From assembly GCF_006345805.1 (NCBI RefSeq), contig NC_042997.1:174282001-174346000 (forward strand): 64,000 nucleotides of DNA, written 5' to 3'. The stretch comes from Octopus sinensis. Taxonomy: Eukaryota. The notes under the pieces are model-generated. The model saw only the letters and a list, made by a program, of their open reading frames with translations, searched no databases and was not told the DNA's origin. Below are positions 51,910-64,000 of the stretch, piece by piece. Both the position numbers and the translations under genes were made by a program. Each line of letters opens with the position of its first letter. Position 1 is the first letter of the stretch.

Positions 51910-52723
51910 ATTTATATATCTGTCTATCTATATCAGTCTCATCTTATATGTAATCACAATCCACGAACATTTTCTACATTCTAGTTTAAATGCATAAAAT
52001 CCAATATATTATCACTATGTGGTTGCTTGACTCGCCTAAATTAGCAGCTAATTTTCACCAAATGACATCTTAGTATCTAAGTAAAGGACACATTACATGC
52101 GGATCTGAGTTCGCTGCATGTAAAAAGAAAAAAAAAAGTTGGGATGGACACGACTGGAATTCCTTTTTTTTTAGTTTGATCGATCAGGATCGTAGTATAT
52201 ATTTTGAAAATTGACTCATCTACGAATTACAGTAAGCGATTGTACTTGTAACAGTTGATGTTGTTGTTATGTCCTTGGTATTTAATCTGAGGTTAGTTCT
52301 AATAAAACAGAGTAAACGGTTCTGACCATGGCCAGCTTACTTCACTTGCGCACTAATATATCAAAGTCTCCATTTAACCAATACATTCCTTTTTTAAAGA
52401 TGACAAGGAATGTTTTGAGAAGAATTCGGTAGCTATTTCTAGCAAGTCGAATGATCATATAGTACGAATCTTTTTGTTGAATAGCTTTCTAAATGCAGTG
52501 TGCAATGGTTAAGCATTTGCCTAATTGGGAATGGAATTTTTTTTTATTTATTTATCTTACTGTTTAAAGAAATATAGAGTCTAGAACCGTGGTAATCAAC
52601 CATTTTTTGCCTATGGATTCCTATTTGATTCCTATTTTACATGGGCAGACCCTCATAGCCATTCAATCTTTAAAATATCCTTATTACTATATTTTTATAG
52701 TTAAATGTTATAGTAAAAAATAA

Positions 52724-53224
52724 AATAAATGCGCCCTTTTAAATCCTAGCCAGGATCATGGGCCCGGTTTCCCGGTTTCTATGGCGTATGTGTTCTCCAG
52801 CTGGACGGGACGACAGTCTATCGCAGCGTTACTCATTTTTGCCAGCTGAGTGAACTGGAGCAACATGAAATGAAGTGCTTTGCTCAAGAACACAACGCGT
52901 CGCCCGGTCCAGGAATCGAAACCACAATCTTACTATCAATTTCTTTACTACCCACAAGGGGCTAAACAGAGAAGGGACAAATAAGGACAGACAAACGGAT
53001 TAAGTCGATTATATCGACCCCAGTGCGTAACTGGTACTTTATTTATCGACCCCGAAAGGATGAAAGGATGAAAGGCAAAGTTGACCTCGGCGGAATTTGA
53101 AATCAGAACGTAGCGGCACACGAAATACTGCTAAGCATTTCGCCCGGCGTGCTAACGTTTCTGCCTGCTCGCCGCCTACTATCATGCTTGCTGACACCCT
53201 AACCACTAAGCCACGCGCCTCCAC
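52724..53224 (-). mobile_element. tRNA-derived CORE-like SINE split by a nested family-A SINE (52939-53176)
   Basis: Head TGGCTTAGTGG at 53200-53224, B box and body at 52724-52930; TACTATCA duplicated at 52931-52938 and 53177-53184. Confidence 0.88.
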
Positions 53225-54047
53225 AAATGTTGTAGCAATTATATGAAAATATTAAAACATTTTGTGTATTATATAACAAATTTATTGTTATACAATACAA
53301 CAAATTTATTGTTATATACAATACAACAATACATTTGTTATATTGTATAACAAATCTATTGCACATAAATTTTGACAACAAAATCATATATAGAGCCCCA
53401 AGGGTCATATGTTCCCCGGTCGAGAATCACTGCTCTAGAGAATATATGATGCTGATGGGCCTGTTCTTAGTGATATAAATCATGTAATACCCCCAATACA
53501 AAAATAATATATGGTTGACATTTCATTTCTAAGGGCCGATAAGATAAAACCCAGTAATACGTATGGGGTTCGATTAAACTTACTAAGCTCTCCAAATCTG
53601 TACGTCTTCATATATATGTTAGAGATCAATATATCTGAAAACGAGTTCAAATCTCACCGATGTCGACTATACCCATCGTCTTTCTGTGGTCGATAAAATA
53701 AATACCAGTTGAGTACTGTTGCCGATCAATTATTGACTGTATTCATCCCACCACAAATTTAAGACCTTGTATCTAGGTTAGGAATCAATATTATATTCTG
53801 AGAGACTTATAATATCGTTAATCTATATGTGTTTTAATAGAAAGAATCTTATCTGAATGTTGACACCGATAATGGCCTGGAGTAATTCCTCTCTTGTTGA
53901 ATTTGACAAATACAGGAATGAATTTACCTTTTCTTTTTTTCTTCAATAAGTTGACTAGATATATAGTATTTCTTCAAATAAAATATTAATACTGTATTGA
54001 TTAGCTTCGAGCGAATTCTTGTTTTTGCTGTTGTTAACATTGCTGCT

Positions 54048-54048
54048 A

Positions 54049-54105
<57 letters not shown>

Positions 54106-54278
54106 CAGCAGTAGTAGTAGTAGTAGTAGTAGTGGTGTGGTGGTGGTGGTGGTAGTAGTGGTAGTAGTAGTAGCAGCAGTAGTAGTAGTGGTGGTGGTGG
54201 TGGTGGTGGTGGTGGTGGTAGTAGTAGTTGTAGTAGTAGCAGCAGCAGCAAGAGCAGCAGCAGCAGTAGTAGTATTAA

Positions 54279-54310
<32 letters not shown>

Positions 54311-54330
54311 ATAGTAGTAGTTGCTGCTGA
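54048..54330. repeat. Compound (TAG)n/(TGG)n/(CAG)n array
   Basis: Seen directly. Confidence 0.95.
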
Positions 54331-54871
54331 TGCTGGTATTAGTGGTTGTATTAGTTTTGCTGATGATTGAATTATTACCAGCAGAATTATTATCAAAGGC
54401 ATCCCAAATATGGCCATCTCACCTTTTTTGTAACGAGAAATCCAGGATTACATTATTTAATTTATGTATTAGGTATTTAAGGGTTTAGCATATAATTTGA
54501 ATTCGGCTACTATTTCCTGCAGATCAAATGACTATATAAAAGCTATCACGTAAACTCGAATTCTTAGTTATAACCTGAATGGCCAGGACGGAAAAACCAT
54601 TGACTACAGACTTGCTTAATTAGGGTCCACTTGGGGCTAAGAAACAAGTACCACAAAATAGGAACGACAAGCTGCTGTAAAGAGCAGTGGAATAGGATAA
54701 ATGATGAGTGTTCTATTTGTTTAGAAATTTAAATCTTTCTGTGCCCACAGTTTACCAAGAACTTAATGGTAGATATATATTACATGGAAATTTGGGCCAA
54801 GAATTATTTACGTCGAAGTTCACTGCTAATGAACCCCACCCCCAAATAGTTTTATATGTGTGTGTATATAA

Positions 54872-54970
54872 AATGTGGCACCTTGGGCAAGTGTCTTCTA
54901 CTGTAGACTCGGGTCGACCAAAGCCTTGTGAGTGGATTTGGTAGACGGAAACTGAAAGAAGCCCGTCGTA

Positions 54971-55020
<50 letters not shown>

Positions 55021-55024
55021 TATC

Positions 55025-55055
<31 letters not shown>

Positions 55056-55318
55056 ATGTATGTATATATGTATGCATGTATGTATGTATGTGTGTGTGTG
55101 TATATATGTTTGTGTGTCTGTTTGTCCCACAACATCGCTTGGCAACCGATGCTGGTGTGTTTACGTCCTCGTAACTTAGCGGTTCGGCAAAAGGGACCGA
55201 TAGAATAAGTACTAGGCTTGCAAAGAATAAGTCCTGGGATCGATTTGCTTGAGTAAAGGCGGTGCTCCAGCATGGCCACAGTCAAGTGACTGAAACAATT
55301 AAAAGAGTAAAAGAGTAT
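54872..55318 (+). mobile_element. SINE family M lacking the tRNA head
   Basis: Begins at GGCACCTTGGGCAAG; intact tail. Confidence 0.88.
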
Positions 55319-57122
55319 GTATAAAAGAAATAACTTGTTGTATGAGGCATGTTGGTCATGGATGGAATGTCTTTGGTCATAGTTGTACTCTATAAGAACT
55401 GATCTCCAGTTAACCTGCAATATTACAGGAAAACGAACTTTCTATGCCGTGGCATATTAGTTTTGGGCATCAATAACTCTTGACTAAAGAGGTAGTTCTG
55501 ATAAGGCATCAGATAACAAGGTGAATGAGGGTGTTTCTAGATGGTAGCTCTCCCTGCTAAATATAGCACCCAATTCTCCTTCTTATGACACCCTACTCTC
55601 CCGAAAAAGAGACGACAACAGATAATTTGGATAACATAAATCTTGTTACGAGATCAGCTAATGATACATGGAATGGTTGTGCTTGGGACGGATTTGATCA
55701 TAGTCTGTTCAGTTTGAATCGGGACGAAACAAGAAACACAATATGTATTAAATTATCAGGGACGAATTTTTTCTGAAGTCCAGTGCTATGATGGGGTTTC
55801 TTAGTGATGTCCCTTGAAATTGAAGCAATACGTTTAACTCTATGTCACACTTCAGTTATGACTGCCAGGAAAACGGAACTTCTTTCACCGTAGTTGTTGC
55901 AAGTTTCTGTCGTTAGTTGGGATGTTACTGCTTTTCTTACAGTTTGGTGGGTCGGGTTTCCATTACTACTGTTTCGGCTACTGCTGCTGCTGCTGCTGTT
56001 GTTGTTGTTGTTAAGCAACAAGACGGGTAAGGGTGATTAGGTGATGGTCTAGGGCTTAGGAGCGGGAGACCCCAGACGTTGGAAAAAAAAAACTCTGGTC
56101 GTCTTGTTGTAGTCGAGGGCTCTTCGTTGACGTCCGACACCACTGGGAGGTGGCCCTCGAAGTCTCTGGAAATGGAGATCTCCAGGTCCAAATTCTTGAA
56201 CGGCTGCTGTTGCTACTGATGGTGATGATGATGATGATGATGACATTCTCTCATAATGATGATAAAAATATTTGCTGTAGCCCATGTTTTACACCAAGAC
56301 AAAACATGTAACTGAGAAAGTTAAGGTCCGGAACCAGAAGTGTAATGCCAAACGTTCAAACGATTCCAACATTCTATCATAATAATTATTTTAAAAATGT
56401 GGATCCGTCAAAACAACTATATTTTAATAAATAGATTCTGCACTACGATTAATACAATGATAATCAAAAAGGTACAACCAGGTGTACAGGCAGCCGTTTG
56501 TCTTCTCACGATATCAAAACACCGGTGCATGATTATCCAGCTGTAAATGAAAGAAAAAAAAAAACAAAATAGAAATGATTATTGGCTATTCTGAGGCAAT
56601 CAAAAATATCTCAGTCTCATATAGGGGATCAATGCATCTATAACTGAAACATATATACACACTGATACAACTTTCATTAAACAAAGAATAACTGCTCTAA
56701 AGAATAATTGCTCTAAAATCATATTCAACGAGGTGAAAATAGTACAATACATAAGCAGTGGACATTGGTTAAAGAAGTTAGAAATCGAGGTTGTCATGAT
56801 TGAATATCAAAATGTATTTAATGGTACTTTAAACAGAAGTGGTGTAAATAATCCTTTCTAGGCCTGAAATTTTGGGGGTTCTTAATTTATCGACCCAGAA
56901 AGGATGAAAGACAAAGTCGACCTCAGTAGAATCTGTACTGATGTAAATAATAGTAATAGTAATAATGATAATAGTATTAACAACCAGCGATAATTACATA
57001 TTGTGACCGATGAGCATAACATTAGTGATGTAAATAAGTATACATATTACGACTTCAGAAAGCTGTATTACTTTTAAACTTCAAATGCCACCTTTGCTTC
57101 TGCATTGTGGCAACATTTAATA

Positions 57123-57410
57123 TGTTTGTTTCTTCTCGAGCCATGCCTGGCTCATAAGGGCCGGTTTCCAGGTTTCCTTGGCGTATAGGTTCCCCACCTG
57201 GACGGGACGCCGGTCCGTCGCAGGTGAGCTGCAAGATGAAAGAGTGAGAGAAAGTTGTGGTGAAAGAGTTAGCAGAAGTTCGCCATTACCTTGTGCCGGA
57301 GCCGCGTGGAGCTTAGGTGTTTCGCTCATAAACACACACATCGCCCGGTCTTAGATTCGAACCCGCGATCCCTCGACTGCTACTCTAACCACTAGGCCAT
57401 GTGCCTCCAC
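57123..57410 (-). mobile_element. tRNA-derived SINE with 12-bp TSD
   Basis: TGGCCTAGTGG and GGTTCGAATC boxes; 5' half shared with the 33844 SINE but a different 3' half; CAACATTTAATA at 57111-57122 and 57411-57422. Confidence 0.9.
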
Positions 57411-58426
57411 CAACATTTAATAGCAGCTGAACAAGAAGAAACTCACAATAGATGCATCATCAGTTTGATAATTTTCTTAGAATATGTCTAAGTGACTCAA
57501 ATTAGTTTTATTCATATTTTTAAGAGACCAACTTAGTTCGAATGACGCTATTAGAAATATACATATAGAGATAATAAATCACATTATAATCCACAATTCT
57601 ATTACTCGGCTTAACAATTTCCTATAAGTTATCATTTTCACAAGGTAACATAAATTATGAATCGTCGCAAAAAGCAGACATTACCGACATTGAATAGGAG
57701 AAGAAATTAAAATATAGAGCAGATAGTCAATATGGTGATGCAAATAAAATATCTTAACAAAAAATCACTTCTTATGATAATCAACTGAAACGTAAACAAT
57801 GAGTATTACTGCGAATACTCGAATGGTTAAAAGAAAATAGATCGAACATTCGAAAAATATGGTTCTTTGAAAACCACACACTTGAAAGCAAACCGGAAAA
57901 GTCCTGAATGAAAATACAGATTGTGTTTTTCTTTCTTTTTTTTTTTTGTTTTCTTATAATATTCGTTACATTGAAGTATCATACAATTTGGAAAACCAAT
58001 TTTGATATCGAAATCAAGTACAACAAAAGCAATAATCAGTTAGAGGAATACGAATCAACAATACAACATTGAAAACCCTTCTAATCGAAAATCTTCTCTT
58101 TAAACAGCTTTGTATGTTCTACATAACAACATTCAAACTTTTTGCTGACATTCATAAGATATATCGTACTGCTAAGTAACGGTTATTTTCAATCACTCTT
58201 AAGCAATACAGTACACAGGCTGAGTTGGCTCATCATCAGCAATACAGTAATTATCACCAAGTGCAGCAAATAGCTCATCGAATAATCACCAGATTACTCA
58301 GCCAGCTATGCATCATACAGTATATACACGGTAAATAGGTTAGTTGTTTTCGTCCTAAGATAACATCACTTAAGGACGTGCTGTGTTAAAAACACAATAG
58401 ATATTACAGGAAGACGAAAGTTTTAA

Positions 58427-59110
58427 CAGCAGTGGCAACGGATTTTTGTGCTGCCCGGTGGCTATTCGAAACCAGTTAATGTTTTATTTACTGTTTTCTC
58501 GGGCCTTCTTGTAGGTATTTTTTACTCCAGCTCTGCTTGTTATCATCATCGGTTCCGAACACCTCGCACACACTTTCATAAACCCTGCTCTAGTTGACTG
58601 CAAATAACATCGCTGCACACGATAGGTAAGGCTTTTTTAAATACTCTTCTGGGGTCACACTTGAAACTACCACGCTTTTCGAGACGGATGGTCATACAAC
58701 TTTCCACCTCACGTTTGATCGGTGAAAGTTATGAGAAAAGCTTGTAGAATATTTCGAGACAGATTTGTCGCAGATTTTTTGTTCTCTTTTCAATGTGCCT
58801 TTCCATAATAAAAACATCTCTCTTTCTCGAGACATTGGTAAAGCTATTTCTTTCATTGTGTGCTTTGCAAATTTTCAACTATCGTCAGCGACAATATTTA
58901 CATTACAAATGTATCCGTTTGCGTTTTATTTTCGATTATCCAAAGTATCAATGTTTATGTTCGAAATTTGATTATTTGTCTAGTTGTCATATTTTTTCCC
59001 TCTTTACTACGTTTTTCTAGAAGCTGTTTTTAGTTTCACAGTCTTGAACAAATTTTTCTTCGAAAATCTTGTCTGTGTGTACACTGCTGACGGGTTTGCG
59101 GTTAGCAGCT
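58427..59110 (-). pseudogene. piggyBac transposase C-terminal remnant
   Basis: RKPVSSVHT, IDTLD, decayed Cys-rich domain (RGSFKCDPRR..KK..VCSDVICSQ); TTAA at 58423-58426. Confidence 0.45.
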
Positions 59111-60088
59111 GTTACCACTATATTTTTTTTATATAAATAAATGAAAGCTTACGAAATAAAATATATGAAAATGTTCAAAAGCAAAACTTTTTTTGTTTGT
59201 TAGTTTATTCATTCACAAGTTCTGTATTTTAATTATATATGCGAAAAGAAAAAGACGTTAGGTAAAACAGTGATATCCGAGTCATTCAAAACTTCTATTG
59301 CAGACGTCTGCTCACGGCAAACAACCGCAAAAACACCAATGATAACAACAACAACGACGACAACAATATCAAAAACAAAAACAATAACAACAATAGGAAG
59401 AACAACAACAATACTTGTTATTACTGTTATTATCTTCTTTCAATTTTCTTTCCATTTTTTGCCGACTATCTTCCCAACACCTAGGGCAAAAAACTCACTG
59501 TATACATTAATAGACCATTAAAATAAACACACCAGTTCTTAATCAGAGTGCTCCTTCTCCTAGACAGACTGCCAACCAAAGTTCACTAGTTCTGTCAACC
59601 CATTTTCAGAATGGCCATTGACTAATTTCCTCTGCCCTTTGCCGGGTTTTGTCTTTAATCCCGCAGGGTGTAGAAAATCCACCCTCCTCAACAAGCAAGC
59701 TTAGTGGAGTTGCCAGTTTGGTCGCCGACGACTCGACCGTTTCAGAATGCCACTTGTTAATCATTCTAGGTAATTACCAATCTGGATAATAATTTACTTG
59801 TTCAATATTAAAATTTCACTTTTACTACTATAATCCCTATCTTACTCGTTCACCACTATAGTTTCACAATTATTACTATACTTATATTATTACTATAAGG
59901 CCAGGGGTCCTAATATTGTCTTCCCCGATTTCTATAGACAACAAGTAATGGCAGATCTACGGCTTTTGATTTGGTTATAGCTGATGCTGCGGCGTTAAAT
60001 AGAGAAGCAAGCTTGTTATGTCTACTAATACAAGCTGTTTGATTGGACTGCTACTTGACATGACTGGCGGTGGGTTGGGTGATTACAA

Positions 60089-60939
60089 GATAATTTTTGA
60101 GGGAGCATCGACAAGTTGGAATTAGCATAGTTAAAATATAGAAATTTATAATTAAAATCTCAAAGTGTTAAAGAGCTATAGTAGTACGTCTATAAACACC
60201 CCATCGCATTTACAATAAAGGAATATATCTTTGGAAATCACATCTTAGTTAAAATATAAACGTCTATAAACCTCTCACAGTTTTAGCAAACATATTGGGG
60301 GAGAGTTGTTAAATGGCCATCCTATCGTGTGAATGCTTACAGCAGCCCTGAGAACACATTGGAAGAGGTTTGAGAGTGAGAGGAAGGAAGATACAGAGGA
60401 AGCAGGCAGGTAAGCTCGCCAAAATTCCAGCGTTGGAGCCAATTTATGTATAGAACTCTAGGTTTTGGGGGATGACCTAGCATAGTTAAGATATGGAAAT
60501 TTATGAGATTTTTGAGAGGAGCATCGATAAGTTGGAACTAGCATAGCTAAGATATAGAAATTTATATAAACATCTCAAAGTTTTAGGAAACTATAGTAGT
60601 CTATCTATACACCACATCGTATTTGCGATAAGGAATTTACCTATGGAAAATCACATCATAGTTAAGATATAAACGTCTTTAAACATCTCAAAGTTTTTGC
60701 AAACATAGAAAGTAATAGAAAAGGATTACACATTTTTCGGGAGAGCTCTGAAATGGCCATCATACTGTGTGAATGAATACAGCAGCTCTTAAAACCTATT
60801 GGAAGAGTCGTGGGAAGGAAGGCAGATGCAGAGTAAGCAGGCAGGTAAGCTTGCCAAAATTCCAGCGTCGGGGCCAATTCATATACAGAACTCTAGGTTT
60901 TTTGAGAGTACTTAGCATAGCTAAGATATGGAAATTTAT
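60089..60939. repeat. Diverged tandem duplication, ~416/435-bp units with internal subrepeats
   Basis: Unit starts at ~60089 and ~60505; AGCATAGYTAARATATRGAAATTTAT occurs four times. Confidence 0.85.
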
Positions 60940-60991
60940 TATTATTATTATTATTGTTATTATTATCATTATTATTATTATTATCATTATT
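60937..60991. repeat. (TAA)n/(TTA)n tract at Dong 3' junction
   Basis: Seen directly. Confidence 0.9.
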
Positions 60992-63900
60992 CAGTAGTTT
61001 TATTTTTATAGCGTGCTTTCACTTCACTACCGAGCACAGCTCTGTGTGCCTTGGGTATGTGCTGTGATTTTTTGTGATGCTCTGATGGTTATTGTATGGA
61101 AAGTGTTCTGCGTAGGATGTGTGCAGTGCCTAGTAGTGCAATTTTCTGTATGTTATATGTGTTTGTAAGTCCTGGTGTTTTTGTTATGTATTTGTCTGAA
61201 TATTTTTTTATCATGCCTAATGCACCTACTATGATAGGAATTGTTTCTGTTTTCAGATTCCACATTCTAGTTACCTCTATTTCCAGGTCTTTGTATTTTG
61301 AGAGTTTCTCCATTTCTTTTAGAGACACGTTGTCATCAGCCGGTATTGATACATCAATTAGAAAGCATTTTTTTTCTTCATGATCTCTGACAACTATATC
61401 TGGTCTGTTGCCCTTAATTTCTCTATCTGTGTGTATCGGCATATCCCAGAGTATGGTTGCTTTCTCGTTTTCTGTGACCTTTTCTGGTGTGTGCCTATAC
61501 CATCTTTTTTCTGTTGTTATTCCATAATGTTGGCATAGCTTCCAATGTATGTAGGTTCCAACTCTGTCATGTCTGTGAATATATTCCTTCTTAGCCAGGA
61601 CTGGGCAGCTAGAGATAATATGATTAATTGTTTCTTGTCCATCTCCACATATTCTGCAGTTACTTGTAATATTTCTTTTCATTACATGTTTTTGGTAATT
61701 TCTGGTGGGGAGGCTTTGGTCTTGTGCTGCAATTAAAAATCCCTCTGTTTCTGCTTTGAGTCCTGAGCTTCTCAACCATTGCTGGGATTTTTCTTTGTCT
61801 ATTTCTTTTGCGTTTAGTTTAGTCCAGTATTTACCATGAAGGTAGTTTGGATTTCATTTGTTTTATAGCTTTTGTTGTTTCTTCATCTTCTTTTTCTTCT
61901 TCATGTTTATTAGGTGGTATGATTTCTTGTTTGTATTTGTCAGCTTCCTTAAATACTGAGAACTGTTTTTTGTTTTGCTCGTGTTTTGCCGCTATCTGGA
62001 TCAGTTTTCCTTCCTTCTGAAGTAGATATTTTTGCAGTCCTATGGTGGTTATTTTATAGTAGTTTTCCAGCTGTATAAGGCCTCTACCACCTTCTATACG
62101 TTGTATATATAGTCTTTCTATGTCAGATTTTGGGTGATGCATCCTAGATCCTGTCATTATTTTTCTTGTTTTCCTATCTATTTTGGTCAGTTCATTTCGT
62201 GTCCAGTTAAGGATATTGTAGCTGTAACTTATAACTGGGACAGCTAAAGTGTTGATACCTATTATCTTGTTTTTAGCATTGAGCTCTGTGTTTAGTATTG
62301 ATCTAACTCGTCTATAATATTCTTTTTTCATTTTCTCTTTCATTTGTGTGTGTTGTGTCTTATCTTGTTCATGGATTCCTAAGTATTTGTAAGTTTGGCT
62401 TTGGTCTAATTCTTTCATTTCATTGGTTTTATCTAGTGTGATGTTGTTACTCTTAACTAGTTTTCCTCTTTTCAGGGTTACTTTGGCGCATTTTTCTAAT
62501 CCAAATTTCATATCTATTTCTTTGGTAAATCCATGAACTGTCTTTAATAGTGTTTCCAGCTGTTTGTCATTTGCAGCGTATAGTTTTAGGTCATCCATAT
62601 ATATAAAAGGTGGCTGATCGTTTTGCCGTAACATTTATATCCGCATCCAGTTCTATTTAGCATATCAGATAGAGGTGACAGTGCCAAGCAAAAAAGGAGT
62701 GGAGAGAGCGTGTCTCCCTGGAATATTCCTCTTCTAATGGGGATGTCTTTGGTTTTCATGAGTCCCTCTTTTGTTTGGAGGTGTAGGACTGTTTGCCATT
62801 TATTCATAGAGTGCTCTATGAATTTTATGATTGTTGGTGCTACTTTGTTAATGGCTAGTGTTTCGAGGATCCATGTGTGGGGGATGCTATCAAACGCCTT
62901 TTTGTAGTCAATCCAGGCCATACTGAGGCCTTTCTTTCTGTGGCTGTCTTCAGTTATGGCTTTATTAATCATTAGTTGATCTTTACGGCCTTATGAGCCT
63001 TTGCGGCATCCTTTCTGCTCTTCTGGGAACAGTTTGTTTTCGTCCAGGTGCTTGTTCAGCCTTTGTGATATCACTGCAGTAAATGCCTTGAACATAGTAG
63101 GGAGGCAGGTTATTGGTCTGTAGTTTTCTGGTTTTTCTGTTTCATTTGATTTGGGAATTAAGATGGTTTTCCCCTTCGTGAGCCATTCAGGCATTGTCTC
63201 TGGCTCTGCTAGTACGTTGTTAAAGTTTTCAGCCAGCTTTTTGTGCATTCCTGTTAGATATTTCAACCAGAAGTTGGGGATCTTGTCATGCCCAGGTGCC
63301 TTCCAGTTGCTTAGTCTTTGCAGTGCCTGGGTGACCTCTTCAGTTGTTATGGGGGTCCAAAGTTGTTCAGATGCCGAGTTTGTTATTCTGATACTCCTTT
63401 TTTTTTGGTGGTTCGTTCGCCGACCATATTTCTCCCCAGAATTCTTCCAATTCTTCTGCCGTTGGTGCTGCAGTGACTTCTATTTTATGTTTTCCCAGTT
63501 CTTGGTAGAACTTTTTGGGGTTGGAGTTGAACTTTTTGTTTTCTTCAAAGAAGCGTTGGCGTTTCTTGTACCGGCGGATCCTTTGTGCTTTGGCAAGGAT
63601 ATCTTGCTTCAGCTTTTCTTTTATTTCAGGCAAATCTTTCTCTGTGATGTTATATTTTCGGAGTATTTTTGTTCTCTTTTTGTTGCTCAGTAGCGTTGAT
63701 TGTTTGCTGATTTCATTAAGAATCGACAGGTCTTTTCTATTTATTTTTATTTTGCTTTGGATGTTATTTATCCACAGGGTTTGTTTGGGTGGTGGTACTC
63801 CTGTTTGGGCGGGTTTGGGTGAGTATCCAGCTTCTTTTGTGGCTGCAGTGGCTGCTGCGTATATTAGGTTATTTAGCTCAGTGATATCACTTTTTTTTTA

Positions 63901-64000
63901 TTCAGTGGCTATCAGTTCAGTGACGGCTAGGTTTATGCTGTTTATAATAGGTGTTGTTATTTTGTTTATTTTGATTCTTGGGAGGTATGGTCGGTAGTCC
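60992..64000 (-). mobile_element. Dong/R4-clade non-LTR retrotransposon (RT, CCHC finger, RLE), recently inactivated
   Basis: RPITCLPT, IDYKKAFDS, GIFQGDTLSPLLF, YMDDLKLYA, CRICG..ETINHIISSC, RPDIV..IDVSIP..K..KY; broken into five ORFs; continues past the window end. Confidence 0.93.

Noticed and set aside
60089-60939. Retrozyme tandem array or CRISPR-like array
   Set aside because: No ribozyme core in the units; no repeat-spacer structure; eukaryotic context

Overview
AT-rich eukaryotic DNA saturated with microsatellites and transposon remnants. The tRNA-derived SINE families and repeat density point to an octopod cephalopod (inference, not verified). No host protein-coding gene can be called with confidence; most ORFs in the track are simple-repeat artefacts. 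Recognisable elements: a nearly intact Dong/R4 LINE abutting a (TAA)n tract, a HERO-like restriction-endonuclease LINE 3' end, CR1-group and RTE LINE fragments, several Penelope-like (PLE) fragments (GIY-YIG, YRDD), two mariners, a piggyBac remnant, two non-autonomous Helitrons, a Merlin-like MITE and about 25 SINE copies. The most interesting layer is RNA structure. (1) The HERO 3'UTR holds every hammerhead-ribozyme core element in exact register but in a permuted, pseudoknotted strand order matching none of types I/II/III. (2) At least six families of minimal type-I hammerhead motifs sit in short PLE-type elements whose 3' ends abut (TA)n, often as head-to-head inverted pairs; one family has a non-canonical CUGUUGA-A core in both copies. 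(3) A covarying 3'-terminal hairpin is shared by LINEs and SINEs. All folds were worked out by eye and are untested.
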